DNA of 64,000 nucleotides from Laetmonice hystrix (Eukaryota): assembly GCA_965235115.1 (NCBI GenBank), contig OZ249451.1:18724001-18788000 (forward strand), read 5' to 3'. Both the position numbers and the translations under genes were made by a program. The notes beneath the pieces are model-generated. The model saw only the letters and a program-made list of their open reading frames with translations. It searched no databases and was not told the DNA's origin. Positions 63,931-64,000 of the stretch are shown in pieces; positions within the stretch are counted from its first letter, which is position 1; every line of letters starts with the position of its first letter.

Positions 63931-64000
63931 CTGCACTGCAGTGAATTTTTTACTAGTTCCTCCTGCCCGACATGGTCAGCCAGATATTCTGGGGTCAATA
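63931..64000 (-). CDS. KLHL18: Kelch-like protein 18 (BTB-BACK-Kelch), internal exon in the BACK region, truncated by the window end
   Basis: Minus strand reads LTPEYLADHVGQEELVKNSLQC(R), ending at donor AG|GTAGGA (GT = 63930-63929). Phase 2 joins the next exon. Confidence 0.85.

Overview
Eukaryotic (animal, probably marine invertebrate; inference) genomic scaffold with three N-gaps. The only confidently identifiable gene is the 3' part of a kelch-like BTB-BACK-Kelch gene, most similar to KLHL18, on the minus strand. It has 7 GT-AG exons with consistent phases between 60481 and the window end. Roughly one third of the window (about 22 kb by my tally) is made of about 20 unrelated, locally private minisatellite arrays with units of 19-85 bp. 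These include a 6.4-kb 41-bp array and a 2.6-kb 19-bp array that carries one telomeric TAACCC motif per unit. There are also several small foldback DNA-transposon relics (one Tc1/mariner-type, six or seven PIF/Harbinger-like MITEs), a decayed LINE reverse-transcriptase remnant (54.7-55.5 kb) and a tRNA-derived SINE-like head. Several isolated exon-like segments lie between the arrays, but I could not assign them to a known protein. I see no CRISPR array, no prokaryotic system and no clearly novel multi-gene system. The most interesting patterns are the mismatched central base of the MITE target-site flanks, the telomere-motif minisatellite and the array-end duplications.
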